Shown: positions 50,799-60,800 of the stretch, in pieces
Layout: every line of letters starts with the position of its first letter
Numbering within the stretch: the first letter of the stretch is position 1
Assembly: GCA_963676915.2 (NCBI GenBank)
Contig: CAXXVK010000070.1
Span: forward strand, 1 to 63,941
DNA: 63,941 nucleotides
DNA from: Myxococcota bacterium
GTDB taxonomy: Bacteria; Myxococcota_A; SURF-8; G963663525
Reading direction: 5' to 3'
The notes under the pieces: model-generated
Databases searched by the model: none
The model's input: the letters and a program-made list of their open reading frames with translations, nothing else
What the model was told of the DNA's origin: nothing
Translations under genes and position numbers: made by a program

Positions 50799-52445
50799 TT
50801 ATTTCTCCGCCGGTTCGGAAGACCAGGTGGACGGATCGAGTAGACTTTCGCAATCAATGAACGTGGCCCCGGCAGGATCTTTCAAAGGGGAATAACAATA
50901 CTCGAAAAGATCGACGATTTCGGTAATTCGTACGAAACTTTCCAGGATTTCACCGTTTTGATCGGTCGTGTTGCGATCCGGGATGTATTCGTATTCACCG
51001 TCCGAAATGTCGTCGTCCCATAAATCCCAGTACGTCACTTCGTTGTAATGCTTCGCTCCCTCGGCATAGTGTTTCTGTACGAGGCGAGCCTCTTCGTTTG
51101 TCAGAGGAAGCCCGTAAGCCGCAGCCAGAACCAGCCACTGGGCTACATCCGGCATCCACAACGACTCGTTTTCGGCGGCGGGATCGTGCACGATTTCGTC
51201 CGCCCGTGCGACAAGACCCGCCAGCAGGTTTTTCGCAGTCGAGGTGTCTCCCATCGTCAGCGCCAAAGACATCGCCGTGATGTGGTACCCCCAGATCATG
51301 TTCGAGGCCCAGAACTGCGCTCCAATCGCGACATCCTCGTAGCCACCGCCGTCACCCTGGCCGCAGTCGTTGTCGAGAGCGGTTCCCGTGGCAATGTAGG
51401 CTGTAGATATTTTCGCATTGCATTCGGCGTTGGGAAAAACAACTTCGAAATTGGTAAAGCTCGAAAAATCCTCAGGAAGTCCCGCGTCGGTCACAGGAAG
51501 AAACGGCTTGCCTTCGGAGTCCTTGGAACGGATCTGGTAGGCGTTCTCGACGATATCTCCCGTCATGCCGCGAAGTTGTCCCAACAGTTTTTCGGCGGCG
51601 GTCTTCAACTCGGCGTTCTGAGTCTCGTTCACCACGCGAATCAGCATCGGAACGCAGCGATATAAATAGGGAAAATCATCCTTCGAGCGCTTGTTGCGCA
51701 CGTAGATATCACCCCATGTGGGATTGTCCGGGTTGTGCCAGGTGTCGTGACGGCGTTCCTCGATATCGTAGCGAACACTATCGTAATCGATCGCAGCAAT
51801 GCGACCGCCATCCAGTTCGTATTGATGATTCCGATGGAAGATCGCCCGTGCCATGAGCGTATCTTCCACGGGGTCTTCGTCACCCCAGACATAGCCGTCG
51901 TACAAAGCCGACAACCCGCGAATCAAGTCCAGCGCCAATTCCCCGGCCGCTTCGTCGCCGGAGGTCATATACAGCGACAATGCCGGTACCAGCACACGTG
52001 TAACTTTGGCCGTGGAGTTGTCCGAAGGTCTATGCCAGCGGATGGTGACGACACCGTTTTCTTTCACTGCATAAGCGTTGGTCCACCAGATCCGGTATCC
52101 CGGTTGATTCCAGGGGTTGTCGTGGGCTAGTCCCAAACTATGCCGCCAGGCCCAGCGAAAATAGTCGCTATGCTTGAAAAAAGCGGTCATGGTCTGCGTG
52201 AAATCGCCAACCTCTTCCTCGCTCACGGCTTCGCCCGCCACGGGACGTTCGACCGTCACAGCCAGCGATTTCGGCGGAACGGGCCACTCGCCCGCTACGG
52301 TTTCGCTTTCTTGCTCGGAAATTTCCTCATCACCATTCCCTGTATGGGAGGTGTTGTCGTCCGAACCGCAGGCGGCAAAAACCAGACAAAACACGAAAAA
52401 AAGAATCATCGTGCGACGATTTGCTAGTAAACGAACGGCCATCAT
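50799..52445 (-). CDS. Hypothetical lipoprotein (Trp/Asp/His-rich, possibly enzymatic)
   Basis: GGAG upstream of the ATG at 52445, lipobox FAAC, ~548 aa globular sequence. Confidence 0.7.
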   Translation of the reverse strand: MMAVRLLANRRTMILFFVFCLVFAACGSDDNTSHTGNGDEEISEQESETVAGEWPVPPKSLAVTVERPVAGEAVSEEEVGDFTQTMTAFFKHSDYFRWAWRHSLGLAHDNPWNQPGYRIWWTNAYAVKENGVVTIRWHRPSDNSTAKVTRVLVPALSLYMTSGDEAAGELALDLIRGLSALYDGYVWGDEDPVEDTLMARAIFHRNHQYELDGGRIAAIDYDSVRYDIEERRHDTWHNPDNPTWGDIYVRNKRSKDDFPYLYRCVPMLIRVVNETQNAELKTAAEKLLGQLRGMTGDIVENAYQIRSKDSEGKPFLPVTDAGLPEDFSSFTNFEVVFPNAECNAKISTAYIATGTALDNDCGQGDGGGYEDVAIGAQFWASNMIWGYHITAMSLALTMGDTSTAKNLLAGLVARADEIVHDPAAENESLWMPDVAQWLVLAAAYGLPLTNEEARLVQKHYAEGAKHYNEVTYWDLWDDDISDGEYEYIPDRNTTDQNGEILESFVRITEIVDLFEYCYSPLKDPAGATFIDCESLLDPSTWSSEPAEK

Positions 52446-52497
52446 GAACTCCGGGTTTCGCAGATTGAACGAGGCGCTCCACTGTAGAACAAACTTC

Positions 52498-54393
52498 CTA
52501 CTGAGGCGTATTTTCTTCGGTTTTCTCGGGTGGAACGTACGAGTCACCGTACAATTCCCACCACCGCTTGACGACTTTTTTCGCTACCGGCGCCGCTGCA
52601 CCCGATCCCGATTCCCCATGCTCGATGACGACGATTACGGTGATTTGCGGGTTTTCCACCGGAGCGTACGCCGCGAATAATGCATGATCTTTCAAAAGAT
52701 ATTTGTCGCGGCGGCGACGGTTTTTGGGTAGACGGGCGACCTGCGCCGTTCCGGTTTTTCCGGCGAATTTCGGTTCCTCCAGCGCGGAAGAATGAGCCGT
52801 TCCCTTCGGGTGATTGACCACGCGGTCCAAACCTTGTCGGACGATATCCCAAGTGAAGTCGTCAGCTTCGACCTGCCAGCGGATGCTTGGAGAATACGTC
52901 TCCAATGGCTTTCCGTTGGAGGTGGAAAGTCCTTCGACGATCATCGGCTTGAAAATGTTCCCGCCGTTGGCAATGGCGGCATACAGCACTGCCAATTGCA
53001 GCGGCGTAGTTTTCGTATCTCCCTGTCCGATAACGTGGGACATTGTATCCCCGACGAACCAGCGGCGACGATGAACCCGCTTGTGGTATTCTAAGTCGGG
53101 AAGCACTCCTGCCGATTCGCGGTTGAATTCGATACCGGTGTGTTGACCCAAGCCGAAATTTTTCGCCCATTTCCAGATATTTTCCGCACCCAGCAACTCG
53201 CCGACTTCGTAGAAATACACGTCACAGGAATTCTGCAACGCCATCGGTAGCGATTGATACCCGTGTCCGCTGCGTTTCCAGCAGTGAAACACGCGATCAC
53301 CAACGCTTCGGTAACCAGGACAATAGAAGATCGTTTTGGGTTCGACGACCTTTTCTTCCATCGCGGCGACGGCTGGAATCGGTTTGTAGGTGGAACCGGG
53401 ATAGTAAGCCGCCTGAGAGACTTTATCCAGCATCGGGTCTAAAATCGAATCGTTGAGTCTGCGCCATTCGCTGCGTCCGAAGCCCCTTACGAACATATTC
53501 GGATCGAACGCAGGTTTCGAATAATACACGAGAATCCGTCCGGTGTTGACTTCCATCGCCACCACCGCGCCCGCTTCATGGTTAAAGGCATCTTGCGCGG
53601 CTTGTTGCAATTCGATGTCGATCGTCGTCCGCACCGTTTGTCCGACTTCCGGCTGAATTTCCTTCACCGGACCCACGATCAACTCGGTTTCTTTCAGACC
53701 TTTGACACGTCCTCGGGCATCGACCACGCGCATTTTCCGACCATCGCGACCCCGCAAGCGCGCTTCGTATTTCTTTTCCAGCCCCCATTTTCCGATTTTG
53801 TCGTTGCGGCTATACCCTTTGGACTTGAGAGACTCCAACTCCCGGTTGTTGATACGGGCGAGGTAGCCGGTCAGGTGGGCGGTCAACTCCCCATAGGGAT
53901 AATGACGACCCGGAGCAGGCAAGACCTCGACGCCGGGAAGTTCCAGTTTCTCGGCGGCCAAAAGTGCGACTTGCTCTCGGCTGATGTCCACATCCAGCAA
54001 CATTTGCTGATAGCGCGATGCTCCCCGGCTGCGCATCAACAGGTCTTCCAACTCGGCGACCTCGACGGGCGAGAGGTTCAACACGCCTTCCAACTTGACC
54101 ACCGTTTCCTGCACCTGAGAAACAAACGCAGGGGTGATATACACGTTGTAGCTGGGACGGTCTCCGGCCAGAAGACGTCCTTTGCAGTCGAGAACCTCGC
54201 CTCGGATGGCGGGGAGCCTGCGTTCCTGGATATAATTGTCCTGGGAAAGGATGTTGTAGTATTCGCCTTTATTCAGTTGCAGATAGGCCAGGCGGAAGGT
54301 CAGCACGAAAAAGACCAATACCAGCACCAATACCGGCAACCAGTAGCGGCCTTTATACGTTTCCTTGTTGTTGAATCGCGATACCAGCCGCAT
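52498..54393 (-). CDS. mrdA: Penicillin-binding protein 2 (class B transpeptidase)
   Basis: N-terminal TM helix, PAIRGEVLD, RHYPYG, IGKWGLEKKYE, PGSTYK (SxxK), SCD and GKTGTAQ. Confidence 0.93.
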   Translation of the reverse strand: MRLVSRFNNKETYKGRYWLPVLVLVLVFFVLTFRLAYLQLNKGEYYNILSQDNYIQERRLPAIRGEVLDCKGRLLAGDRPSYNVYITPAFVSQVQETVVKLEGVLNLSPVEVAELEDLLMRSRGASRYQQMLLDVDISREQVALLAAEKLELPGVEVLPAPGRHYPYGELTAHLTGYLARINNRELESLKSKGYSRNDKIGKWGLEKKYEARLRGRDGRKMRVVDARGRVKGLKETELIVGPVKEIQPEVGQTVRTTIDIELQQAAQDAFNHEAGAVVAMEVNTGRILVYYSKPAFDPNMFVRGFGRSEWRRLNDSILDPMLDKVSQAAYYPGSTYKPIPAVAAMEEKVVEPKTIFYCPGYRSVGDRVFHCWKRSGHGYQSLPMALQNSCDVYFYEVGELLGAENIWKWAKNFGLGQHTGIEFNRESAGVLPDLEYHKRVHRRRWFVGDTMSHVIGQGDTKTTPLQLAVLYAAIANGGNIFKPMIVEGLSTSNGKPLETYSPSIRWQVEADDFTWDIVRQGLDRVVNHPKGTAHSSALEEPKFAGKTGTAQVARLPKNRRRRDKYLLKDHALFAAYAPVENPQITVIVVIEHGESGSGAAAPVAKKVVKRWWELYGDSYVPPEKTEENTPQ

Positions 54394-54451
54394 TCAGCCG
54401 CCCCGTTTCTGGGGATGGAAGTTGTATGGCTCTCAAGCCCGGAATGCCAGG

Positions 54452-55381
54452 TCAGGGCTTGTCTGTCGAAGCCTCCTGTTTTTGCTCTTCTTCGGCCTTC
54501 TTCTCGGCATCGAGAATGCGCTTGAGTCCCTTGAGTTTGCTCTTCTGCTTGGCTTCATCCACCCAGAACAGCCGCAATTCGCTGGCGTCTTCTTTTTCCG
54601 GGCGTTTGGCGCCACGAACCAGCGGAGGAAGTTTTTCCATCATCATTTCGGCACGTTGGCGGAACTCGAACCCCGCTTTTTTCCAACCGGCAATCTGCTT
54701 GTAGACTTCCATCGCTTCTTCGTACAGGAACATGTCGTACAGGAATTTCGCATAGCGGTCACACAGGCGCGCCGTCTTGCGATCTTTCGAAAACAGCCAG
54801 GCGAACATCTCGCGGGTACGTTCGAAATCGCCGATCGGGATTTCATCCTGGTAGATTTTTTCCTGTTTTTTGTTGTTTTCGTCCGTTTCTTCGATGATTT
54901 CCTCGCGGACACGGATTTGTGGTTCGCCCATTTCGCAACCGGTGACCGCACAATACTTGGCAAGCGCCGGTGTATACGGTTTTTTGCGAGCCAGGTAGGC
55001 GATGAAATCGACGGTGGCTTTTTCGATCATCGGTTTCGTATCGATGCCGGGACATTTAAGAGCCTTGAACTCTTCCATCATCTTGTCCCAGGTCTCCAGG
55101 TCTTTCGAGTCGGCCAGCATCTGCACGAAGCTCTTGACCTGCGTCTCGCATTGCTCTTTTTTCTGTTGTTCTAGGCTTTTGCGCCAGCCAGCCAGCAACG
55201 TATCGGCGTTGGGAATTTTTCCCTCTTCTTTCACGCCTTTTTCAAGGAGTTGAATGGCACCCTCATAGTTTTCCAACGATGCTTCTTTCTGGGCTTTTTC
55301 CAATGCGGAAGGCTCGCAGCCCATGAGAAGCAATGCGAACAGAAAGGCAAACAACAGTCCAAAACGAGATATTTTCGGCAT
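54452..55381 (-). CDS. Hypothetical helical lipoprotein
   Basis: Lipobox LMGC; Lys/Glu-rich, TPR-like helices. Confidence 0.65.
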   Translation of the reverse strand: MPKISRFGLLFAFLFALLLMGCEPSALEKAQKEASLENYEGAIQLLEKGVKEEGKIPNADTLLAGWRKSLEQQKKEQCETQVKSFVQMLADSKDLETWDKMMEEFKALKCPGIDTKPMIEKATVDFIAYLARKKPYTPALAKYCAVTGCEMGEPQIRVREEIIEETDENNKKQEKIYQDEIPIGDFERTREMFAWLFSKDRKTARLCDRYAKFLYDMFLYEEAMEVYKQIAGWKKAGFEFRQRAEMMMEKLPPLVRGAKRPEKEDASELRLFWVDEAKQKSKLKGLKRILDAEKKAEEEQKQEASTDKP

Positions 55382-55608
55382 GATTGGCTCCAGTACAGTG
55401 GGATCGATTTTCCTATCTCGTTCGATACCATACCCTCAAGGGTTCGTCAAACCACCTCCGGTTCAGCGAAGTTTTCTTTTCGGTTTGGTTCGAATTTTCT
55501 CGATTTTGTTCTACATAGCTCCATTGTTCGCGCTTTTCAACCCTCCGTTCCCATGAAAAATCTTCGTTGGAACATGGGTCCGATCCTGCAATAAAAAACT
55601 CATTGGTA

Positions 55609-55709
55609 GTGGCTTTTGCATCAATCAGGGTTTTGATGGTTTTTATAAAACCCATGTGTGCCATAGTCTCACCCCGAAGATTTATCTTCGGGATGTATGC
55701 AAGAGGCTC
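55609..55709. mobile_element. MITE-like element, copy 2 (internally deleted, degenerate left end)
   Basis: Shares CTTTTGCAT-AATCAGG-TTTTGATGGTTTTTA, CCCATGTGTGCCATAGTCT and GAAGATTT-TCTTCGGGAT-TATGCAAGAGGCTC with 3793-3969. Confidence 0.7.
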
Positions 55710-55842
55710 GGTAGAAAATAAAAAGAGATCTTCTCTCGAAAGAATCTTCGTTTTGCTTAGGAGTCCTTTTTGTATTATGCTAGGAAAAAGCGATGGATGA
55801 AATGGCATAGCCCCCGAATCGGGGAACGAAAGGAGCCACGGC

Positions 55843-56301
55843 GTGTCGGATCAAAAGGAACGGATTCGCAAGGCCATCGATAAGGCGTTTCTTTTCGAAA
55901 CGGTGGATTCGGATACCAAAGATACCCTTGCGAACATGGGCACGTTGCAGGAGTTTCAGCCGGGAGACGTGCTGATCCATCAGGGAGACGACGGAGACTG
56001 CTTTTATTACCTGATTGAAGGTCAAGTGCAGATCGCGGCGACCAAAGACAACCAGACCGCCGTACTGGCCAATCTGGGAGAAGGCAGTGTTTTGGGTGAA
56101 ATCGCCCTTTTGACGGGTGAACCCCGCACGGCGAATGTCACGGCCATGGAACCGACCCAGGCCATCCGTTTTCCCGAAGAGGTTTTGACCGACACGCTCG
56201 ACGATTTCCCGAAAGTCAAGGAATTGCTGGCTCGCGTTTTGGTGTATCGCGCCAAAAGCACCATCGTTAAATTTGCACGTCTTCGACAAAATCAGGCTTG
56301 A
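55843..56301 (+). CDS. Stand-alone cyclic nucleotide-binding domain protein
   Basis: FQPGDVLIHQGDDGDCFYYLIEGQV and LGEIALLTGEPRTANVTA; no HTH domain. Confidence 0.9.
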   Translation: MSDQKERIRKAIDKAFLFETVDSDTKDTLANMGTLQEFQPGDVLIHQGDDGDCFYYLIEGQVQIAATKDNQTAVLANLGEGSVLGEIALLTGEPRTANVTAMEPTQAIRFPEEVLTDTLDDFPKVKELLARVLVYRAKSTIVKFARLRQNQA

Positions 56302-56315
56302 GAAGGAAACCCGGT

Positions 56316-57935
56316 ATGAATACGGTGCGCTGGAAATGGCTTACAATGGGATTCCTGGCCATGTCGATGCTGGTCTTCTGGATCGCCTGCACGGAGGAAT
56401 CCCTCAGTGATTGCGGACTGGGCCAGGAAAAAGTCAACGGTGTCTGTCAGGCATTGAACGTCTGTCAGGATGGCTATGTATTGAATTCTACAGGGAATTG
56501 CGTTCGTCAGGACGTGAATCAGAACCCGGACGACGATCTTACCCCCGACAGCCCGGACGACGCAATCGAAAACGATGAAGAAGACGATACGGATACGACC
56601 GTCATCGAAGGTGCGGGGAGTTGCGCCGACCCATATATCATGAACGGCGACTCGTTCGAGTTTCCTGAATCCCAAAGGGAATTCAAAGGAAATTATCTAA
56701 GTAATATCAACGGTGAAGACTGCCTTCCCGACACCCCCGGTGGTGTCAAAGGCTACGGCTACGAGGCTATCGTCAAGGTTCCGATGGAAAGCGGCGAGTC
56801 GATCCGCGCCGAGATGTATATGGCCGGTGAAGATGTGCTTTTGTACGTTCTGGAAGGCGGCTGCTACGATACCAGTGATTGTCTGGGGCACGAAGACAGC
56901 GGGCAGGACGATTTCATCGAATTTCTTTCCTTTACGGCTCCGAGAACCGCTGATTATTACGTGGTGTTCGATACTCACGAAATTACGAACGGGAATTTTT
57001 CGGGGATCATCGAACGAATCACCGAGACCGACGGCGACACCGACGAAGACGCCGAGGTCGTTCCGGCGCTGGTTACCAAATTGGAAATTCCCATTTCGGA
57101 TCTGCTGGCGGACAAAGGTACGGACTGCGGATTCGAGACGTACCCGATTCAAGAACTGGCGATGAGTTTCCGTAATTTCCCCAATTCCGACACCTTCTTT
57201 TTCATGACCGACGCCGGGTATCTGTCAGCCACCTGGAACGGCGCATTTATGGAGAACTGGTCGGCTACCGCCAGCGCACTCAACGGTGAAGGAAACTGCA
57301 ACGATCCGGCGTTCATCGTACGGGACCGCGACTTCAACGGCGGCGTCGAATTGAAATTGTACGAAAAAGCCGACGGTATCGACGGTGTGAGGCGTCTGAC
57401 GGGAATCAACAATTGCGGAACCCTGACCAGCTACACCCTTCCAAGCACCTTGAACATCGATGAGACAAGCTGTCTGTTCAGTATCAATACGGGAATTCCC
57501 CGGTACTATATCTGCGACCGAGAAAATAGCTATATTTACGAATTTTCCTGCACGGACGATCCCGACAACACGGGAAGCAAAATCATCGCCCAGAGTCGAA
57601 CGCTCGATGTGGGATTGATGGTAAGTGCTTTTACGGGAATAACCTACAGTGGCACGTTGGTTTCGGCCACCACGGACGGTGCGGGACGTGGCGACGGCAT
57701 CAGCTATACCGGGAAAATCTGGGTTTTGATCGATTATGATCTGTACCAGGTGGTGTACCGCATTTCGACCGTCAACGCGATCCCGGAAATCCTGTACAGC
57801 GCTTCGGTAGACCAAAAACTGTCCGGGTTGCAATACCATCGGGAGGTCGAGGAACAGCGCTTTTACGGCGTCACCGGCGATGCGGAAGATCCGAATATCG
57901 TTATTTTCTCCAAAAACTCCGCCATCATTCGGTAG
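56316..57935 (+). CDS. Secreted multidomain lipoprotein (Cys-rich N-terminus, PPC-like beta-sandwich, beta-rich C-terminus)
   Basis: WIAC lipobox-like site, CGLGQEKVNGVC...CQDGYVLNSTGNC, DVLLYVLEGGC...LSFTAPRTADYYVVFD and acidic DGD linkers. Confidence 0.65.
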   Translation: MNTVRWKWLTMGFLAMSMLVFWIACTEESLSDCGLGQEKVNGVCQALNVCQDGYVLNSTGNCVRQDVNQNPDDDLTPDSPDDAIENDEEDDTDTTVIEGAGSCADPYIMNGDSFEFPESQREFKGNYLSNINGEDCLPDTPGGVKGYGYEAIVKVPMESGESIRAEMYMAGEDVLLYVLEGGCYDTSDCLGHEDSGQDDFIEFLSFTAPRTADYYVVFDTHEITNGNFSGIIERITETDGDTDEDAEVVPALVTKLEIPISDLLADKGTDCGFETYPIQELAMSFRNFPNSDTFFFMTDAGYLSATWNGAFMENWSATASALNGEGNCNDPAFIVRDRDFNGGVELKLYEKADGIDGVRRLTGINNCGTLTSYTLPSTLNIDETSCLFSINTGIPRYYICDRENSYIYEFSCTDDPDNTGSKIIAQSRTLDVGLMVSAFTGITYSGTLVSATTDGAGRGDGISYTGKIWVLIDYDLYQVVYRISTVNAIPEILYSASVDQKLSGLQYHREVEEQRFYGVTGDAEDPNIVIFSKNSAIIR

Positions 57936-58236
57936 GAAAAAGGTTAAAACTACTGCAAATTCTAAGAATTGAGTTCCATGTCTCACTGCCTTAGACAGGG
58001 AGTCCGTGAAGCTTTTACACAGCCTTCCGGTTTTCCGTCGCGAGATGGTCCCAATAAGGGAAATTCGCAATAGTTTACATTGGAACAGGTTCATGCCGTC
58101 GGGTTGAAAACCGACGTGAAACGAAGGTCAAGGTCGGGAGACCTGAACCAACGGAACGGGCGACGAAATCGTTGATGGAAACGCAAGATACAAAAGAACG
58201 ATTTCCGACTGTACTTTGTAACGTCCCCTGAATTCG

Positions 58237-60189
58237 ATGACGGGATGGGTCGTGAAAATATCCATCGTTACCAAAATCTTCGCCCTTTTCGCTCTCGTCA
58301 TTCTGATGTTTGCCGGGGTGTCGTTTTATGCGGTAAAGGAACTGCGTCACATCGGGCAATCGCTGTACGATGTCAACGAGGGTTTCGTACCCCTGACCCG
58401 TGTGATCGCCCGACTCGACACGGCACAGAAAAACCAGTCCATCGACATTCAAAAAGTGTTCGAAGCGCGAGAACCTTACGTTCGCGGTGTGCTGGTTCGG
58501 CTGGTTCTCAAATATTTTCCACAGGTTCTGCAACGGCAGATCGGCCAGTCCTTCGCTCACTGTACGCGCATGGAACTCGTTACCCGCGACCCCGAACGAC
58601 TGGCCTTCGTTCGTCAGCTTCGTACACGCCTCAAATCGGTCGAAGCGCGGGAAAAGGAACTGGAGAGCATCGCCCAGGACGTGCTGGGCCGCATCAGCCG
58701 GGAAGAAGGCTGGATGCCGTCGGAGGAACAGGAACAGGCCGTGCGCCTGGCCGAACGAAATTTCGCCCGTGAAATCCAGCAGGTGGACGATTTCCTGGAC
58801 CGGGAGATTTCCCGCAACGTCTCGCGTGTCGAGCAACAGGGAGATCGTGCGATGTGGGCGGCGACGATTCTAACCTTTGCGGCGCTGATCCTGGGATTGG
58901 CGCTGACGCTGTTGTCGTTGCTGACCCTGAAACCGATTCGCGGCCTGACGGCGGCGGCGCGGCGGATCGGAACCGGCGATTACAGCCAGCCGATCGAGGT
59001 GCGTTCCACCGACGAGTTGGGTGTTTTGGCGCAAGAATTCGATACCATGCGGAGAACGTTGCAACACCGTGAGCAGGTGCTTCAACAAAAACAGGAAGAG
59101 CTGTCCCGAACGCTGGACGATCTGCGTACCTTGACCATTCATTACCGTAACATCCTGAAAAACCTTTGGTTGGGTGTGCTTGTCACCGATGAAAAAGGTC
59201 ATCTGCGAACCTTCAACCCTTCTTCCGCTCGCCTGTGGGAACGTGATCTCGAAACGTTTATGGGTCGTCCTGTCGGAGAGTTACCCCTGAAGGAACACCA
59301 AACGTTGGGAGAACGAATCGACATCGACCAGGCGCTTCGTGCACGTCGATCCATGACGCTGGAGGCCGTCGAGTTATCCGAAGAACGCCGGGTCGATCTC
59401 GCCGCCGTACCGTTTTTGGACGAAACAGGTGTATCCAAAGGAATGCTGTTGATCGTCGAGGACGTGACCCAACGCCTGATTACTGCCGAAAAGCTGTTGC
59501 ATTCCGAGAGGTTGGCAGCCGTTGGACGTATCGCCGCCAGAATCACCCATGAAATCCGCAATCCGCTTTCGGCTTTGGGCTTGAACGTCGAGATGCTCGA
59601 AGACGAACTGGACGACTACTCCCGGCGCGACGATGTATTGCCGATGCTGCGGATCATCACCAAGGAAGTGGACCGGCTGCACCAGATCACCGAAGATTAC
59701 CTGCATTTCGCTCGAACGCCCAACCGAAAACCCGCCATGGTGAATCTCGTGACGGTGATCGAAGAAACCGTGCGCCTGCTCAGTCCGGAATGCCAATCCC
59801 GAAATGTGGATTGCGAATTGAAGGTTACCGAAGCGGAGATGATGAGTTGGGCCGACGAAAACCAGGTGATTCAAGCCCTGCAAAACCTGATGCGCAACGC
59901 CATGGAAGCCATGCCCGACGGCGGCGAGTTGCGTGTTTCGATGGAAAGACAGGACGGCGAAATCGTCGTTTCGGTTGCGGACCGGGGACAGGCGATCCCC
60001 GAAAATTTGCGTGAAAAAATCTGGGAGCCGTTTTTCTCGACCAAAGAGACGGGAACGGGCCTGGGTCTGGCGATGACAAGGCAGATCGTGCAGGAGCACG
60101 GAGGACAGTTGACCTATCGTGCCCGTGAAGGCGGCGGTTCGATTCTTTCGATGAGTTTTCCAACGGTGGAGGAGACGAAAAAAGCATGA
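58237..60189 (+). CDS. Sensor histidine kinase (2 TM, HAMP, PAS, HisKA, HATPase; NtrB/NtrY-like)
   Basis: [16 protein letters not shown] (HAMP), THEIRNPL (H box), [28 protein letters not shown]. Confidence 0.93.
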   Translation: MTGWVVKISIVTKIFALFALVILMFAGVSFYAVKELRHIGQSLYDVNEGFVPLTRVIARLDTAQKNQSIDIQKVFEAREPYVRGVLVRLVLKYFPQVLQRQIGQSFAHCTRMELVTRDPERLAFVRQLRTRLKSVEAREKELESIAQDVLGRISREEGWMPSEEQEQAVRLAERNFAREIQQVDDFLDREISRNVSRVEQQGDRAMWAATILTFAALILGLALTLLSLLTLKPIRGLTAAARRIGTGDYSQPIEVRSTDELGVLAQEFDTMRRTLQHREQVLQQKQEELSRTLDDLRTLTIHYRNILKNLWLGVLVTDEKGHLRTFNPSSARLWERDLETFMGRPVGELPLKEHQTLGERIDIDQALRARRSMTLEAVELSEERRVDLAAVPFLDETGVSKGMLLIVEDVTQRLITAEKLLHSERLAAVGRIAARITHEIRNPLSALGLNVEMLEDELDDYSRRDDVLPMLRIITKEVDRLHQITEDYLHFARTPNRKPAMVNLVTVIEETVRLLSPECQSRNVDCELKVTEAEMMSWADENQVIQALQNLMRNAMEAMPDGGELRVSMERQDGEIVVSVADRGQAIPENLREKIWEPFFSTKETGTGLGLAMTRQIVQEHGGQLTYRAREGGGSILSMSFPTVEETKKA

Positions 60190-60710
60190 GCCAAAAACCG
60201 GAAAAAGACGACTCCTTCGCGCAAAAACTGATCGAAACGCTCGATCTCGTACCCTTGGAAGTCGAAGGCGGACTGTTCCACGAAACGTATCGCTCGACCG
60301 AAACCATTCCGAACGAAGCTCTACCGGAGCGCTACCGGGGAGAACGCTGTCACTGTACCGCGATCTACTACCTGTTGACGCCCGGCAAGGTATCGCGCTT
60401 GCACCGCTTGGCGTCGGATGAGATTTTTCACTTCTACCTGGGGCGTTCCATTACGTTTTTGCTGCTCTTCGAGGATGGCCGATCCCAGAGGGTGCGACTC
60501 GGAACCGACTTCGAACGCGGCGAGCGTCCCCAACTCATCGTGCCACGAGGCGTCTGGCAAGGAGCCTACCTGGAAGAAGATGAAGGTTTCGCCTTGATGG
60601 GAACCACGGTAGCCCCAGGCTTCGAGTACATCGATTTCGAAGTTGGAAATGCCGACGAACTGGCCACAATTTATCCCGACCGGGCAGAGATCATCCGAAA
60701 ACTTTCGTGA
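60186..60710 (+). CDS. Cupin_5/DUF985-family protein
   Basis: EGGLFHETYRS, TAIYYLL, HRLASDEIFHFYLG, PRGVWQGA and TVAPGFEYIDF. Confidence 0.9.
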   Translation: MSQKPEKDDSFAQKLIETLDLVPLEVEGGLFHETYRSTETIPNEALPERYRGERCHCTAIYYLLTPGKVSRLHRLASDEIFHFYLGRSITFLLLFEDGRSQRVRLGTDFERGERPQLIVPRGVWQGAYLEEDEGFALMGTTVAPGFEYIDFEVGNADELATIYPDRAEIIRKLS

Positions 60711-60752
60711 CAAGTGGTTCATATTGGAATGTGTTGAACTGTATTTTCCTGT

Positions 60753-60778
60753 AAAAACGGCGCCCATAAAGGCGCCGT
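60753..60778 (-). terminator. Terminator between convergent genes
   Basis: ACGGCGCC-CATAAA-GGCGCCGT preceded by an A-run. Confidence 0.6.
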
Positions 60779-60800
60779 GAAAAAGGGATGAGAGGATAGA

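Noticed and set aside
57990-58230. Possible 6S RNA or riboswitch
   Set aside because: Only a short CCTGAACC resemblance was seen; I could not trace the long end-to-end pairing or any conserved aptamer motif.
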